Source of the DNA: the human T2T-CHM13v2.0 reference genome, Homo sapiens
Assembly: GCF_009914755.1 (NCBI RefSeq)
Contig: NC_060947.1
Reading direction: 5' to 3' (one strand)
DNA length: 64,000 nt
A program made the position numbers and the translations under genes. The notes under the pieces are model-generated. The model ran no database searches, was not told the DNA's origin, and saw nothing but the letters and a program-made list of their open reading frames with translations. Below are positions 1-33,394 of this stretch, piece after piece (the first letter of the stretch is position 1; each line of letters begins with the position of its first letter).

Positions 1-1547
1 AGGCTGGTGTACAGATTCTACCTTGTGAACTGTCCTGCTCGCAAGGCCATAAGCTTTCTGACCAGCTGCTGTGAACTGGCAGGTGCTGGGTGGGAGGTGA
101 TGCTGGTTGTGCCAGAGCTTTCTGGTGCTGTCATATGCTTCTACAATTACCTCCCTTCTTTTGCTTGCAGATTCATAGTTTGGCCACACATCTTTGCCAG
201 CAGGAAGGTCTGTTTTATTCACTCCTCTCACTGACCCTCCCCCCACCCCCAGTCCATGACAGAGAGTATGATTGACTTGGCTCAAAGCAAAGAAGCAGCA
301 AGGCTGCAGAGCCCATAAAGCAGTCAGAAACATGTCTCACTTAGCTCTTGTAATTGTGATGTCTTGGCTTGGCCTTTTGCCACCCTTCCCTGTTCTGGTC
401 CTTAACATGCTTCACCGAGGGGTAGTTGCTAATTGGGAAATTTAGTGCATCCTTCTTTGAGGATGATTGTTATGGCTATAGAGCTGCAAAATAGGACACT
501 AAGATGTGGTGGAGCACTGGACTTAGAATCAGGAAGCCTGGTCCTGATTCTAATCATATTCTGGTCCTGGGTCAGCTGTGGATTGCTGTGTGATCTTGGA
601 CAAATCTCTTCCTCATCTGCTGGAGGGGCAAGGGGACAATGGTTATACTAGTCAATCTCTGAGATCTAAGCATTAAATCTTCCATTTTCTTTCCTGTTCA
701 TGCAGAAAGAAATGTTTTGGTTCATTTCCTAGAATGTCTTTTCTTTTTCTCTGTATCCACGTCTCCTTTCACCAGAACCTGTCTTTTGGTGAAGCAATTA
801 CTCATCTATTTCATTTTAAAGCTGCCCTGGGAATATGGAAAGATTGTATAGAGGTGCCTAGGTTCTAGGAGTTTTTATTTTGAAACCGATGTATGGAATT
901 CAAGATTAATAGAGTTATTGTAGTCCCATCTGGAATTTTAATCACTGAATCACAGGGAGAGCAGCCAAGCCAACCATCCATGATGCAGTTAGATTTGGAA
1001 CTAGACATCTCAGCCTCAGTTCTCTCCTGCAAGTGACTGGGGTGGGAGCAGAAGGAATATGCTATCCCATCACCTCCCATCATTAGCACTGCCCAGAAAA
1101 AGCAGAGGAGAGACTGAAAAGGGTGTGGTAGCAAACTTGGACAAGGATACCAGACAAGTGGCAGACTTTATGAAATGTCCACTGTTTGGCAAATGAGCCA
1201 GGCATTGTGGAGCAGGGAGACTAAGGACAACTTTCTACAAACAAACCCTGCCTGTTCTTGCTTTTGGGCCTATATCAAGTTTTCTCCAATTGGCATGCCC
1301 TCCTTTTCCTCGTAGCTTATTCAAAGTCCTACCCATCCAGCAAACTCCACCTCTTCTATTTAAGTTCAGCAGACCTTTATTGAGGACCACCCAATGACCC
1401 AGCCCTCCTTTAAGGATACAAAGATGAATAAAAACTTAGTGCCTGGCCTTGGGATGACAGTAATATATTGTCCTGCTTGGGTCACTGTTGTTTCATGTGT
1501 GTTTCTTTTCCCTCTGCAGCTAAACTGTAAGCTCTTGGAGGGCAAAT

Positions 1548-2105
1548 TGTGTTTTGAGGGGTCCCGCAATCACCCCAAGTTGGGTGATTTACTAGAAAGA
1601 CTCATAAGACCCAATAGCAGGTTTTACTTACAGCTAAGGTTTATTACGCCAAAGGATACAGAACAAAAGCTGCAGGAAAAATATACATTGAGTAGGCACA
1701 GGTTTTCAAGTCCTTTCTTATCCATGGCTGCACAGGAGCATCTAACAAATTAACAGCAAACTACAGGGACACCTGTGAAATGTCTCTGTCTAGGAAAGCC
1801 CACCCAAGTCTCAGAGTCTCTGAGGCTTTTGCGAAATGACACTCAGGATCCCAACATCAAAACCAGGTACATCATGAATCTTGCAAAAACAATCCAGAGA
1901 AGTCCTGACAAGTAGATACAGTATACCTCATTGCTCTGGATGTATAAAATGACATCAAGACATCATCAATTGGTGACATAAAGAACATCTGAGGGCTGTA
2001 TTCCCAGAGGTAGGCCTAGGGGCAATCATAATTCTAGGCTCCCCTGAAGATGTGCAAGGACTGATCAATTAGAGCTTCTGTGTTAACCCTTTCTTCAACG
2101 CTGTG
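1548..2105. mobile_element. MER21/MER68-like ERVL LTR
   Basis: 'ggggtcccgcaatcaccccaagttgggtgatttactagaaagactca...ggtttattac'; a related sequence starts at ~63887. Confidence 0.6.
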
Positions 2106-2189
2106 TCTTACACATTTCATACATCCCCTCAGAGTGTTTAGCACAGACAGGTCCTCTTCTCTAAGCCCAAGACTCATATATTTCACTAT

Positions 2190-3005
2190 CTCTTATGTTC
2201 ATTCCCACAGACATCAGCACCTCAACATGTACAAATATGAACTAGATTTCCCCCCTTACCCCACTTTCTCCATCTCAGTAACTGTCAACATCATTCACTC
2301 TGTTGCTCAGGCCCCCAAATCTTTGTTTTCCTTTTGATTCTCCTCTCCCCGTCACTTCCCACAACCAATCAGGAATTTTCTTTTGACTCTAACTTTGAAG
2401 TATATCCCAAATGTGATCTCTCATCCTCTCAGCCACCCTAGTGTAAACCATCATCATCTTTCATCTGGACCACTTGCCTCCTAAATGTTTCAATTTGTTT
2501 CCTCTATAGCCTGTTCTCCACTCACCACCAAGAGTGATCCTTCAAAATGTACATCAGACTATGTCACTTCTGGCTACTCACAACCTCCAATTGTTCGTTA
2601 ATATGCTTGGAATAAAACTGAAACATTTTACTCTCTTGCTCACTTATTGTGCTCTAGCCTGAGACCCCGTGAATGAGTATGTTTCCTTCTCACATGACAT
2701 TCCTTTTTCCAGGACTGTTCTTCCTCTAACGCTTTAAATGCCTGGATGCTTTTCCTTTAAGTGTGACCTTCACTATCAGCCCCTCATGGAGACTTTTTCT
2801 GATCACCCTATCTAAGGTAGCCCTGCTCCTCTGCTCACCTGAAATCATAATTGTTTATTTGTTTATGTATTTGTTGTCACTCTACACTGATTAGACTATA
2901 AACTCATGAGAGAAGACCTTTGTCTCTCATTCATAATGATATCTTCAGCGCCTAGCACTATGCCAAATTTAGAGTAGGCTTCCAATAAATATTTGTTAAT
3001 GAATA
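2190..3005 (+). mobile_element. L2 3' fragment
   Basis: Typical L2 3' sequence ending 'caataaatatttgttaatgaat'. Confidence 0.7.
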
Positions 3006-3159
3006 TAATAGGTTATTAATAAATATATTTGATTACTTAAAAGTGATGAACTGGCCTCTGCCCTTAAAAGGTTTATGTTCTACTGAAGAGTTGAGTAGGA
3101 AAGAAACTCAAAATAGATGGAAAACTTTTCTGTGTTGTCCGGGATCCAACATAGGACAT

Positions 3160-3535
3160 ATCAGCATTCTGGACAGCAGAAACCAACAAGCAACAGAGGG
3201 ACCACATCAAACAGCTGGAATCTATCCAGCTCAGCATTCTCTCTGGCAGGGGTTTCTGGGGTCTGTTTGAAGAGAGATACAAGAAGCTTGGAAATTCCAT
3301 GTGGAAAGCAAGGATCGTGGAGAGTTGATGTCTTCTTTAGGGTAGTGGCAGTGGAGTTTTTGCCAGCGAAGCACCCACAGTATGGCTGCACCTTGTTTCT
3401 GGCCTCTTCAGGGCCTCGCTTTATGGGTCGCCAGAGATCCTGTGGGTGGTCTAATATTGTTTAATAAATTTCCTTTCTGCTTAAACTAGTCAGAGTGGAT
3501 TTTGCAGTTTGCAGTTAAGAACTCAGACCTATCTA
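3160..3535 (+). mobile_element. Old ERVL LTR 3' part
   Basis: 'aataaatttcctttctgcttaaactagtcagagtggatttt..tgcagttaagaac' LTR tail motif. Confidence 0.45.
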
Positions 3536-4314
3536 ATAGGTTGAAAAACAAGGTTGAACTTCAGAATGGTGACTTGTAACTGACATCTAACTTTGATAAA
3601 AAGTGTTAAAATTATACTGATGTTGGAGGCATTACTTCAAAACTGAACCAAAACATATAGCCATATCAAAATGACATGCTAAGTTTGAGACAAAGCAATT
3701 TATTTAGTCACATCCCTGGGAAAAATTGTATATGTTTTCATGTGTCTATAAAGCACTATTGTCAAAAATGAGCATTTTTAAGCATTTACTTCTTTAAGTT
3801 GATTGCTATTATAATCTGGTGTAATTTTTATTACAAGTATATCAGCAACTAAATGAAAAACACTTAAAATATTTTTAAAAGGCAAAACTAAACTATTACG
3901 TTTAAGGTTGCAACCTGAGCGATAAAACTATAATGAAATCAAGGAAGAGAGGAAGAGATTTCCATAAAAGTCAGCGTAGTGGTTAATTTTAGGATTGGGA
4001 TGGGACATGTGCCAGGCTTCTAAGGTAGCTAGCAAAGTTCTATTTCTTGACCTAGAAGTAAATATCTAAAAGTGTATTTACTTTATAATACTCTATTAAG
4101 ATATGCATTTTTCTATTATTATATCTTGCAGTTAAAATGGTTAAAAATATGTATATCAACTACTCAAATGTGAATTATTTTTATGGAAATGTCCCCTGTA
4201 TGTTTTCATTTCAGGATCCCTGAGGACTTTCTTACGGATTTTTGTCTGTGGGAACTTGTGAATTACCGTATGAGCTTAGCAGGAGAGTTAACTTAAAATG
4301 TTTATTGTCCCTTA

Positions 4315-7230
<2,916 letters not shown>

Positions 7231-9218
7231 ACAAAATAGTTTTCTTGTGCTCAGCTTCCCCTTCTCTGTGAATAGTCCAGTTTTTTCCTAAGAACATTAC
7301 CTCCCAACTACAGACTAGAAACTTGGCTGCCTCGGTTTGGACCCTTGCTTCTGAGCAAGTAGAATCTTGCTGAAGAAGGGAATGGCATGTGGGGCAGTGA
7401 CAAAGGGCAGGAACTACCTGCTTTCTGAATTTCCTACTAAATTTCCTACTTAAAGCCCTGCATTTCACACTATCCCCCTCATAGCTGTGGGTTATGCATC
7501 AGGAGTTCTGATTTGGTGCCTCTTGTTTACTTCTCTGCCACCTCTGCCTCCAGACCCAGGGTCAGGGAGCCTCCTTTTGGCTCTGGCTGGGCAGCCACCT
7601 TGGTTAGTCCAGAAGGACTCGTGGCTCCCAGAGGGTCATCATAGCTTGGTACTGTTCCATCGTATGTCAGCTACTCCACCTTCCACCTGATCACAACCAG
7701 TCTTTTCCCAAACTTGGATCTTTTGAGGAAAGATGAGACAAGAAAATGTAGCAGACTCCATGTGAACCCTTCTCTAGACCTAGGAAAACTTATTCAATAC
7801 TCCTCCTTACTAAGAGCTAATCAGTATATGAAATAAAGACACTCAGGAAGTTTGCCTGAAGGTTAACTCAGAGACCTGGGAGTGAAACCTAGCTCTCCTG
7901 CTTCCTAGGCCCCTCTGTGCCATCTATTTTTAGCCAAGCTGCCCTGAGCCTTGTCCATCTTGTCTGAAAGCCAAAGTAGGCACACAGTTTGCTCATAAAC
8001 ATTCCTGTGCTTGCCAGCTCATGCTAGCCAACCATTTAGATGTTGGTTTTAAAACTGCGAGCCTTCCCTTGTACCTACCTCCTAAGGCCTGCAAAGAATA
8101 CACACCAAGGGATCAATAGCCTGAGTTTTTCCTGAAGCCAAGTGACCTCAGTCAAATGCCCTCAATTGAGAGGCGTGTCTATTACTCGTTCATCTTGGCA
8201 CAGGGTGCAGCAAATGACTCCCTCTCAGAGCCACTGTTCCTGGTCACAGTTCTTTGAGTGTGCTGACCTACTTTCTCCCCTTCACAGGAAAAACAGAAAC
8301 CAATAAATGTCTCCAGTGAGTAATCTTGCTTTCAGGAGCACTGACTCTGTGTTTTGGCCTCTTGTCCTTTCCCTGCTCCATTATCACTCTGCTATAACCA
8401 TAAGAAAATGGTTCATGACTGAACTAGAACTCTGTTTGTTGTTTACTGTCCCCATTCTGTAGCTGGGTTTTCAGAGCAACTATGGCCCACATATCACAGG
8501 GATGGGGGCAGAGCCCTCCCTACCTTTCCTTTCCCTGCTACAATTCATTGCTAAATAGCATAATGTGGACTAAAGTTGCTTCTGCACAAGAATGTTGGGA
8601 ATCAACAGAGTATCTCTGGTTTTGGCCACACATGCTATGCGACTGGTAGCATTATGGACTGAGAGGCATTCAGCTTGAGACTCCTGACTTAACTTACTAT
8701 ATACCTTTGGAGTGGGCCTCTAAGAAGAGTCAGGTGGCTCAATTCGGTTGCCTTGACAAGCAGAACCTCTTTACTGAGCGTGTACAGGTGACTCTCAAAT
8801 ACCCACACTGAGATTCTCTGTGGCTAATGGATTATTTTAGGCTGTCCTTACCCTTCACAGTCTTCATGCTATTGCCCACTCCCTCCAGCCATCATCTGGA
8901 AGCAACTTGGAAATATATGCTCATTTTAATGTCAGTCTGAGAAAAGTTAACTAGAGGAATAAATCTACTGGGGTTCAGAGGCAAGGTGTTGATAGGACAT
9001 ATAATGTATTCCAGAGTGCCTTTTGGATTATCTACCGGTTTTTAATAACCTGGCATGTCTGTTCTTCATGACCATGGATAACTGAGTATATCTTATTTTG
9101 CTCCCCTATCCCTGGGCACTGTGTCTCCTTTCTTCCTCACTTGTCCTTGTGTGTACAACAGATTATAACCAGCTTGCCTTCTAGAATCCTGTCAAATTTC
9201 ATTTATATCGAATGTGCT

Positions 9219-10430
9219 GGCCAGGTGTGGTAGCTCACCCCTGTAATCCCAGCATTTTGGAAGGCCGAGGTAGGAGGATCACTTGAGCCCAGGAGTTAGA
9301 GACCAGCCCGGGCAGCATAGCGAGACCTCATCTCTACCAAAAAAAAAAAAAAAAAAAAAAATTAAAATAGCCAGGCATGATGGCACATGCCTGTAGTCCC
9401 AGCTACTTGGGAAGCTCAGGCGGGAGGACTGCTTGAGCCTGGGAGATTGAGACTGCAGTGAGCCTGGGAGATTGAGACTGCAGTGAGCTGTGATCATGTC
9501 ACTGCACAACAGCATGGACAACAAAGCAAGACCCTGGCTCAACAAACTGGAAGTGCTAACATGGGCTTTTAAAAAGGTTCCAAGTCCTTTTCACCAGCTC
9601 CAAAGTCATATTCGAAGTCTGGGCAACATGGCAAAACTCGTCTCTACAAAAAATACAAAAAAATAGCCGGCCATGGTGGCACACACCTGTAGTCCCAGCT
9701 ACCTGGGAGTGTAAGGTGGGAGGATCACTTGAGCCTGGGAAAGGGAGGTTGCAGTGAGCTGAGATTGTGCCAGTGTGCTCCAGCCTGAGTGACAGAGTGA
9801 GGCCCCGTCTCAAAATAAATAAATAAATAAATAAAATCAATATACATTAGGAAGCAATGAGGTTTTTTTTTTTTTTTTTAAAGCAAGTTGTAGACAGATA
9901 TATACTGGATGATACTGTTTTTATCAACTTGGATAGAAATTAATACACAAACAAGAGTATATTTTGTTTGAGGATAGGTATATATGTAGCAAAACACAGA
10001 CTGAAAGACTAAGCCTAATTCATGATAAGTCATTTCAACCACTTCGTATCATTCCATCATGTAAACGTACCCTGATTATTTATATATTATCCTTTTGATG
10101 GACATCAGCTTCTTTCCAATTTTTGTATTTTGCAAGCTGTGCTGCAATGTACATCCTTTTATGTGTCTCCCAGTGCATATGTGCAAAAAGTTTCCCTACA
10201 CCAATGAATACCTAGAATTAGAATTGTTGGGTCCTATAGTATGCTTACTTTCAACTTTACAAAATATTGCTAAATTGTTTTCCAAAGTTGTTGTACCAGC
10301 TGGGCACAGTGGTTCACAACTGTAATGCCAGCACTTTAGGAGGCCAAGGTGAGAGGATGACTTGAGGCTAGGAGTTTGAGACCTGCCTGGACTACATAGC
10401 AAGACCCCATCTCAATTAAAAAGATAATAC
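9219..10430 (+). repeat. Alu elements (9219-9545, 9617-9836 truncated, FLAM-like 10298-10430)
   Basis: AluJ/FLAM-like sequence. Confidence 0.88.
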
Positions 10431-10835
10431 AAATATAAAATATATATAAAGAAAAAAATCATATTGTAGTCATAGTGGCCACAAGAGGCTGCACTTCAGC
10501 AACTAGCTTATCTCAGGCCAGCTGGGCCAGGGTTAGAGTGAACCCTTCCTCTGAAGAGCTGGGCAGGTAGCAGGTGGTAAGATAGGACATGGCTGCAGGC
10601 AACAGCCAGGAATCTCTACTTCTGGAGTAGCCATTCATACTTGTGGTTGTAAAGCATGTGTCCCCCACCCAATCATCTGGGTTGGAGGTAGGATGTGGAT
10701 GAATGACAACAGGACCTCTGCATTCACAGAACTGGAGAGGGGAGGGGGCAACTGGGATGGGGAATGAGGATGAATCGCAAGCAGCAGCAGAAGTGAGGAG
10801 AACAGTAGGGAGATAGAAAGGGTAATATTGCTAGT

Positions 10836-13048
<2,213 letters not shown>

Positions 13049-13371
13049 CTCTGCCTGTTTCAAAACCCTCCAGGGGCTTCCAGTTACATTTTGTATAACG
13101 TTCAAGCTCTTTACTTTGACCTAATAAGATATAGTAGCCCTTACCAAAATATCTGATCTCATCCCATACTATGTTATTTGTTTATGATGCTTCCAGCTAT
13201 AATTTGTTCTCTCTTCAGGGCCTATGCACCCTGCATAAAATGTTCTCTTACCTTCTTTCTCATCATCCACATCTCAGCTCTAGGGTCAGCTCCTCATAGA
13301 GGCTTTCCCTGGTCATCCCAACTAAGGAGCCACCTACTCTGATCAGTATCTCATCATATCACCCTGGTTTT

Positions 13372-15121
<1,750 letters not shown>

Positions 15122-15529
15122 TCACCCTGTTTTATTTTCTCCCTACCACTTAACATTATCTGAAATTGTCTGTTCATTTATTGGCTTGCTTATTATTATA
15201 TATCTTCACCGCCACTAGAATGTAAATTTCATGAGCATGGCAATCTTATTTGCCTCAGTCCTGCTGAATGTCTAGCAACTAGCACAGTACTTAGCAGGTG
15301 CTCAGTGGATTATTTGTTGAATAAATGAGTCAGGATATGGACTGGCATTGTTGAAACCATGGGAAATATGTGATCATATGATCACTTCAAGGAGAGCCTG
15401 AAGAGTTAAATGTGGATTATAAAGGAATGAGCAGAGGAAAGAATGCCTACAAAGCAATTTGGAGGAACAACCAGGGAGGTAGGAGGAGAGACAGGAAAGT
15501 GTGATGTTACAGAAGGCAATCCTACTTCT

Positions 15530-17080
<1,551 letters not shown>

Positions 17081-17146
17081 TGATTTCACTTGCTTTTTTA
17101 TTTAATGTGTATGGATTTTTTTCTGTATCAGTATATATAGATATCT

Positions 17147-18162
<1,016 letters not shown>

Positions 18163-18645
18163 TGCTTTGCCTTCTTAAACAGATGATTCAGAACATAATA
18201 TAACCTTGTCTTGTGACTCAGGGTGGCCATTATGATCATCTGCTTTTGACCTGGACCTCTGAGGCATGTAGCAATATGTCTTTCCTTATGTCTTTTCCCT
18301 AAGTGTGTTCCGGATTTTTGTGCTTTTGAAGAAGTTCTGAGATCAACGTATTCTTGGTTCTTCTAATGTGTAGCTGTTTGACTAAGGACTGACTCCATGC
18401 ATCTCCTATGAAGTGAAGTTCATGGGTTTTATGACAGCAATTTTACATGCTGCTTAGATGCTTTTTTCTCATCTAGGTTTTTAGTTATATTATGGCAGAG
18501 ATTATAAGAAATCTGATCTCTAGAGAAGTGTTGGTACTTCTTTAATTTGGCATAGACTATTTTTGGCAAGCTAGTTTTCTAGCATTGAACATTTTAATGA
18601 ATAAGTTCATAGTCACCCTATCCACATTCTTTTTAATGGTAGAAA

Positions 18646-19148
18646 ACTGTCTGTCTAATACAGTAGCCATTAGCTACATGTAGATTTTTAAATTTAAATA
18701 TAAATTAATTAAGAGTAGGCTGGGCATGGTGGTTCATGCCTGTAATCCCAGCACTTCAGAAGGCCAAAGTGGGTGGATCATTTGAGGTCAGGAGTTCAAG
18801 ACCAGCCTGGCCAACATGGTGAAACCCCGTTTCCACTAAAAATACAAAAATTAGCTGGGCGTGGTGGTACACACCTGTAATCCCAGCTACTCGGGAGGCT
18901 GAGGCAGGAGAATTCCTTGAACCCAGGAGGCAGAGGTTTGCAGTAGCTGAAATCCGCCACTGAACTTCAACCTGGGTGACAGAGCAAGACTCCATCTCAA
19001 AAAAAAAAAAAAGAAAGAAAAAATTCCCTTATTGTACTAGCCACATTTCAAGTGCTTAGTAGTCACATGTGGCTACTGGCTACCCTATTGGAAAGTGCAG
19101 ATGTAGAACACTTTCATCATCAAATAAAGTTCTATAGAGCAGCAATGG
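18646..19148 (-). mobile_element. MER3 (hAT-Charlie) split by an Alu (18718-19022, +)
   Basis: 'tagccacatttcaagtgcttagtagtcacatgtggctact...tagaacactttcatcatc..aaagttctat' matches recalled MER3. Confidence 0.75.
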
Positions 19149-19299
19149 TTTAGACATTGAGCCAGTCTCTTCTCAGGCTTCTTGTTTCCAAACTAGAGTC
19201 TCATGGTTTAAGTGCATCCTTGTACAAGCAACCATGCTCATACTATTCTCCAACACTCTCTGACTTCCAACCCCTGATCATTGTCATTTGCTCTCTATT

Positions 19300-20156
19300 A
19301 GTATTAATTTCCTATGGCTACTATAACAAATCATCACAAGTTTAGTGGCTTAAAACAACATAAATTTATTATCACATATGACATAGTTTTGATATTTGTC
19401 CCCTTCAAATCTCATGTTGAAATGTGACCCCTAATGTTGGAGGTGGAGCCCACTGGGAGGTGTTTAGGTTATGGGGGTTGATCCCTCTTGAATAGCTTGG
19501 TGCTGTCCCCATGATAATGAATGAGTTCTCACTCTATTAGTTTACAGGAGATCTAGTTGTTTACAAGTACATAGCATGCCTCCCCTCTCTCTATCACTCC
19601 CCCCTCACCATGTGACATGCCTGCTCACCCTTTGCCATCTGCCATGATTAGAAGCTTCCTGAGGTTCTCACCAGAAGCAGATGCTGGCATCATGCTGCTT
19701 GCTGCTTATACAGCCTGCAGAACTGTGAGGCAAATCAACCTCTTTTATTTATAAATTACCCAGTCTCAGGTGTTCCTTTATAGCCACACAAAACCAACTA
19801 AGGCAATACAGTTTTGGAGATTGAAGTTCAAAATCAGCCATTTTCCAGCTTCTAGATGCTGCCTACGTTCCTTAGTTCATAGCTCCTTCCTCCGTCTTCA
19901 AAGCCTGCAGCGTAGCATCTTCAAGTCTCTCTGTGACTCTCTGACCTCCGCCTCCATAGTCACGTGACCTTCTCTGACTCTACCTTCCTGCCTCTTTTAT
20001 GAAGAGTCCGTAATAAAGATTAGGTCGCCTTGGCTAATCCAGAGCAATCATCTCATTTCAAGAATATTAACTTAATCACACCTGCAAAGTCCCTTTCAGC
20101 ATTTTACCATTATGTTATACCGGTATGTTGTGAGGACCACTATTCAGCCTGCCACA
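19300..20156 (-). mobile_element. MLT1-type LTR with a nested MST LTR (+, ~19379-19805)
   Basis: MLT1 start 'gtattaatttcctatggctactataacaaat..gtggcttaaaacaac' and end 'cactattcagcctgccaca'; internal MST 'tgacatagttttgatatttgtcccc'. Confidence 0.7.
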
Positions 20157-20311
20157 GACAGTTTTCTACAGTGGCATTTTGTTTTCCTGTGATGGACAGT
20201 GATCCAGTGGTCCTTATTTTCCAGGACCAGAGTATGCTGGTCCAGCACAGAGTATGCTGATATCCCAAGGTTTTATATAAAGGGAGGATAATGTTTTAAA
20301 ATCTTATTTTC

Positions 20312-20775
20312 TGTGAGAAAACATTTTAAATGGTCCATTTTCAAGGTATGATAAATCTAAGTACTGGCAGCCAGCCTGCGGACGTGACAAACCGCACAGC
20401 TCATGCACCTAGAAAGTCGCAATAAGCAAACAGAATGTAGAGGAGGAGTCAGCCTATAAAAGGGAAGAAAAAGTTTACAGAGTTATTGGAAAATCGAAAC
20501 TTAAGCAGGGAAGGGGACTGGGTTATAACCTTATAAGGGATAATGAAACTTAGGTGACGTCCAGAAAGATTGTAACCCCACAGTATTTGACCAATGAGGA
20601 ACTGGGGGAGGGACTTGCGTGCTAGGAGATAAATTACCTGCTGTAGCTGCCCCAGCTGTGCCTGCCTACCAGACACCCATTCTTGCACGATCACCATTAA
20701 AATTCTCTCTTCCATTGTTCTTTTGTGTCTCTGAGTCCATTCTTTGGGTTTGGACAGATGAATGTGTTTCTCACA
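20312..20775 (+). mobile_element. 5' LTR of provirus (464 bp)
   Basis: tgtgagaaaac...gtttctcaca inverted termini; direct repeat of 27064-27519; CCAAT and ATTAAA present. Confidence 0.95.
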
Positions 20776-20779
20776 AACT

Positions 20780-20797
20780 TGGGGGCCCATCTGGGAT
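20780..20797 (+). promoter_or_regulatory. Primer binding site, tRNA-Pro-like
   Basis: TGGGGGCCCATCTGGGAT, 3 mismatches to the canonical Pro PBS TGGGGGCTCGTCCGGGAT, 4 nt after the LTR end. Confidence 0.8.
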
Positions 20798-21231
20798 CTC
20801 TGTGCCTGCGTGGAGTTGGACTCCGGCCAAGAGGGGAGAGGCGTCCCACCTGATTTAAGTGGCCTGCTCTGTCTGGGAATCCCGGCTCCCTGCAGAGGCC
20901 ATAGACAAACCTGAGACTGTTATTCAGGAGGCAGTGGAGGTGACACAGGGAGAAAAGCAGGCACCGTGGCAACCAGGCAACCTCATGTACGAGCCAAGGT
21001 AGGAAAATTGGACTGTGAGTATTGTCTTGGTGGTTGGGCATTTTTGGAGGTCGAGTGTGTGTGACTGAGACGTATCCTAGGTATGAAGCAAGTGTGGAGA
21101 CCCAATTTGCGGTTCTGTTCTCTCGCGAGGGGAACAGCCAGAGACGGATGAAATGATTCTCGGTGTGTGCAAGAAACCTCTAGTGGGGGGCTTGAGTACA
21201 CAGGGAAAAACTCAGACACAGATTGACGAAA

Positions 21232-25345
<4,114 letters not shown>

Positions 25346-25349
25346 TTAA

Positions 25350-26996
<1,647 letters not shown>

Positions 26997-27045
26997 TTGG
27001 AGGACCAAAAGGGTTTAGATGAAAATGAGACCAAAGGAAGTAAAT

Positions 27046-27063
27046 AAAAAAGAGGAGGGAATT
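27046..27063 (+). other. Polypurine tract
   Basis: aaaaaagaggagggaatt immediately before the 3' LTR. Confidence 0.85.
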
Positions 27064-27519
27064 TGTGAGAAAACATTTTACATGGTCAATTTTCAAGGCA
27101 TGATAAATCTATGTACTGGCAACCAGCCTGTGGACATGACAAACCACATGGCTCATGTACCTAGAAAGTCATGATAAGGAAACAGAATGTAGAGCAGGGG
27201 TCAGCCCATAAAAGGGAAGAAAGTTTTGTTATTGGGAAATCGAAATGTAAGTGGGGTAGGGGACTGGGGTATAATCTTATAAAAGATAATGAAACTTAGG
27301 TGATATCTGGGACTATTGTAACCCCATAGTACTTGACCAATGAGGAACTGGGGGAGGGACTTGCATGCAAGAGATAAATTACCTGCTGTAACTGCCCCAG
27401 GTGTGCCTGCCTACCAGACACCCGATTTTGTAAGACCGCCATTAAAAGTCTCGCTTCCACTGTTCTTCGTGTCTCTGAGTCTATTCTTTGGGTTTGGACG
27501 GGTGAATGTGTTTCTCACA
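27064..27519 (+). mobile_element. 3' LTR of provirus (456 bp)
   Basis: Direct repeat of 20312-20775, roughly 12% diverged by hand count. Confidence 0.95.
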
Positions 27520-27714
27520 TTTTCTGCCTTTCGCCTATATGGAAATACCAAAATATGATTGTTCTGACCTTCAAAATATGATTCTGTGAGTATAGTGGTA
27601 TAGGAGTATCTTATCAGCAAGACAAATCCACAGCTAACTCAATATCCTATCAGAGTGTTTGGCTACTGTAATACAGTTATTTCAGGGCTAATCTCTGCCA
27701 ACTTTTCTTCTCAA

Positions 27715-27753
27715 ACACAGACACACACACACACACACACACACCCACACACA
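27715..27753. repeat. Imperfect (AC)n microsatellite
   Basis: Read directly from the sequence. Confidence 0.9.
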
Positions 27754-27914
27754 TAGGGATATGGATGCACCCATAAACAAAAAACTGGGGGCTCGATATA
27801 TTAACCAAAGCAAAGCCTTCTGAGCTTCTCTTTGCCCCCCAAAAAAGGATGATAAATGAAAGTCTGAATCATTCCTAGGAGAAGAAGCAGCAGACACCAA
27901 TGCAGGATTGGTCT

Positions 27915-32795
<4,881 letters not shown>

Positions 32796-32861
32796 TTGGG
32801 CCAGGCATAGTGGCTCACGCCTGTAATCCCAGCACTTTGGGAGGCCAAGGCAGGTGGATCA

Positions 32862-33089
<228 letters not shown>

Positions 33090-33394
33090 TTAACACACCC
33101 TATTTTGATTTCCTAGTGCTGTCTCCTGGTATGAAGATTTATATAGCAAAGGCTTGGTTTTTTCATTAAAGTGATGTTCAATTAAACTTGGTTACTGAGA
33201 ATTTCCAGAAGGCAAACAATTCTTCTTTGGATTACCAGAGGCCCTAAGGTGCTACATACTCAGGTTTGGGAAGTCATTCTTCTTTGTAACTATCCAGCCT
33301 GGTAGCCAGATGGCCAATGAGTTTCATGCCTGCACAATGAGCCAGAAAATGTTCAAGGCCCCAATTTTTTTGTTTTTATCTTTTTTTAAAAAAT

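Noticed and set aside
7300-9200. About 1.9 kb largely free of recognisable repeats, considered as a host exon or enhancer
   Set aside because: No ORF similarity, CpG island or distinctive structure is visible; cannot be supported without conservation data.
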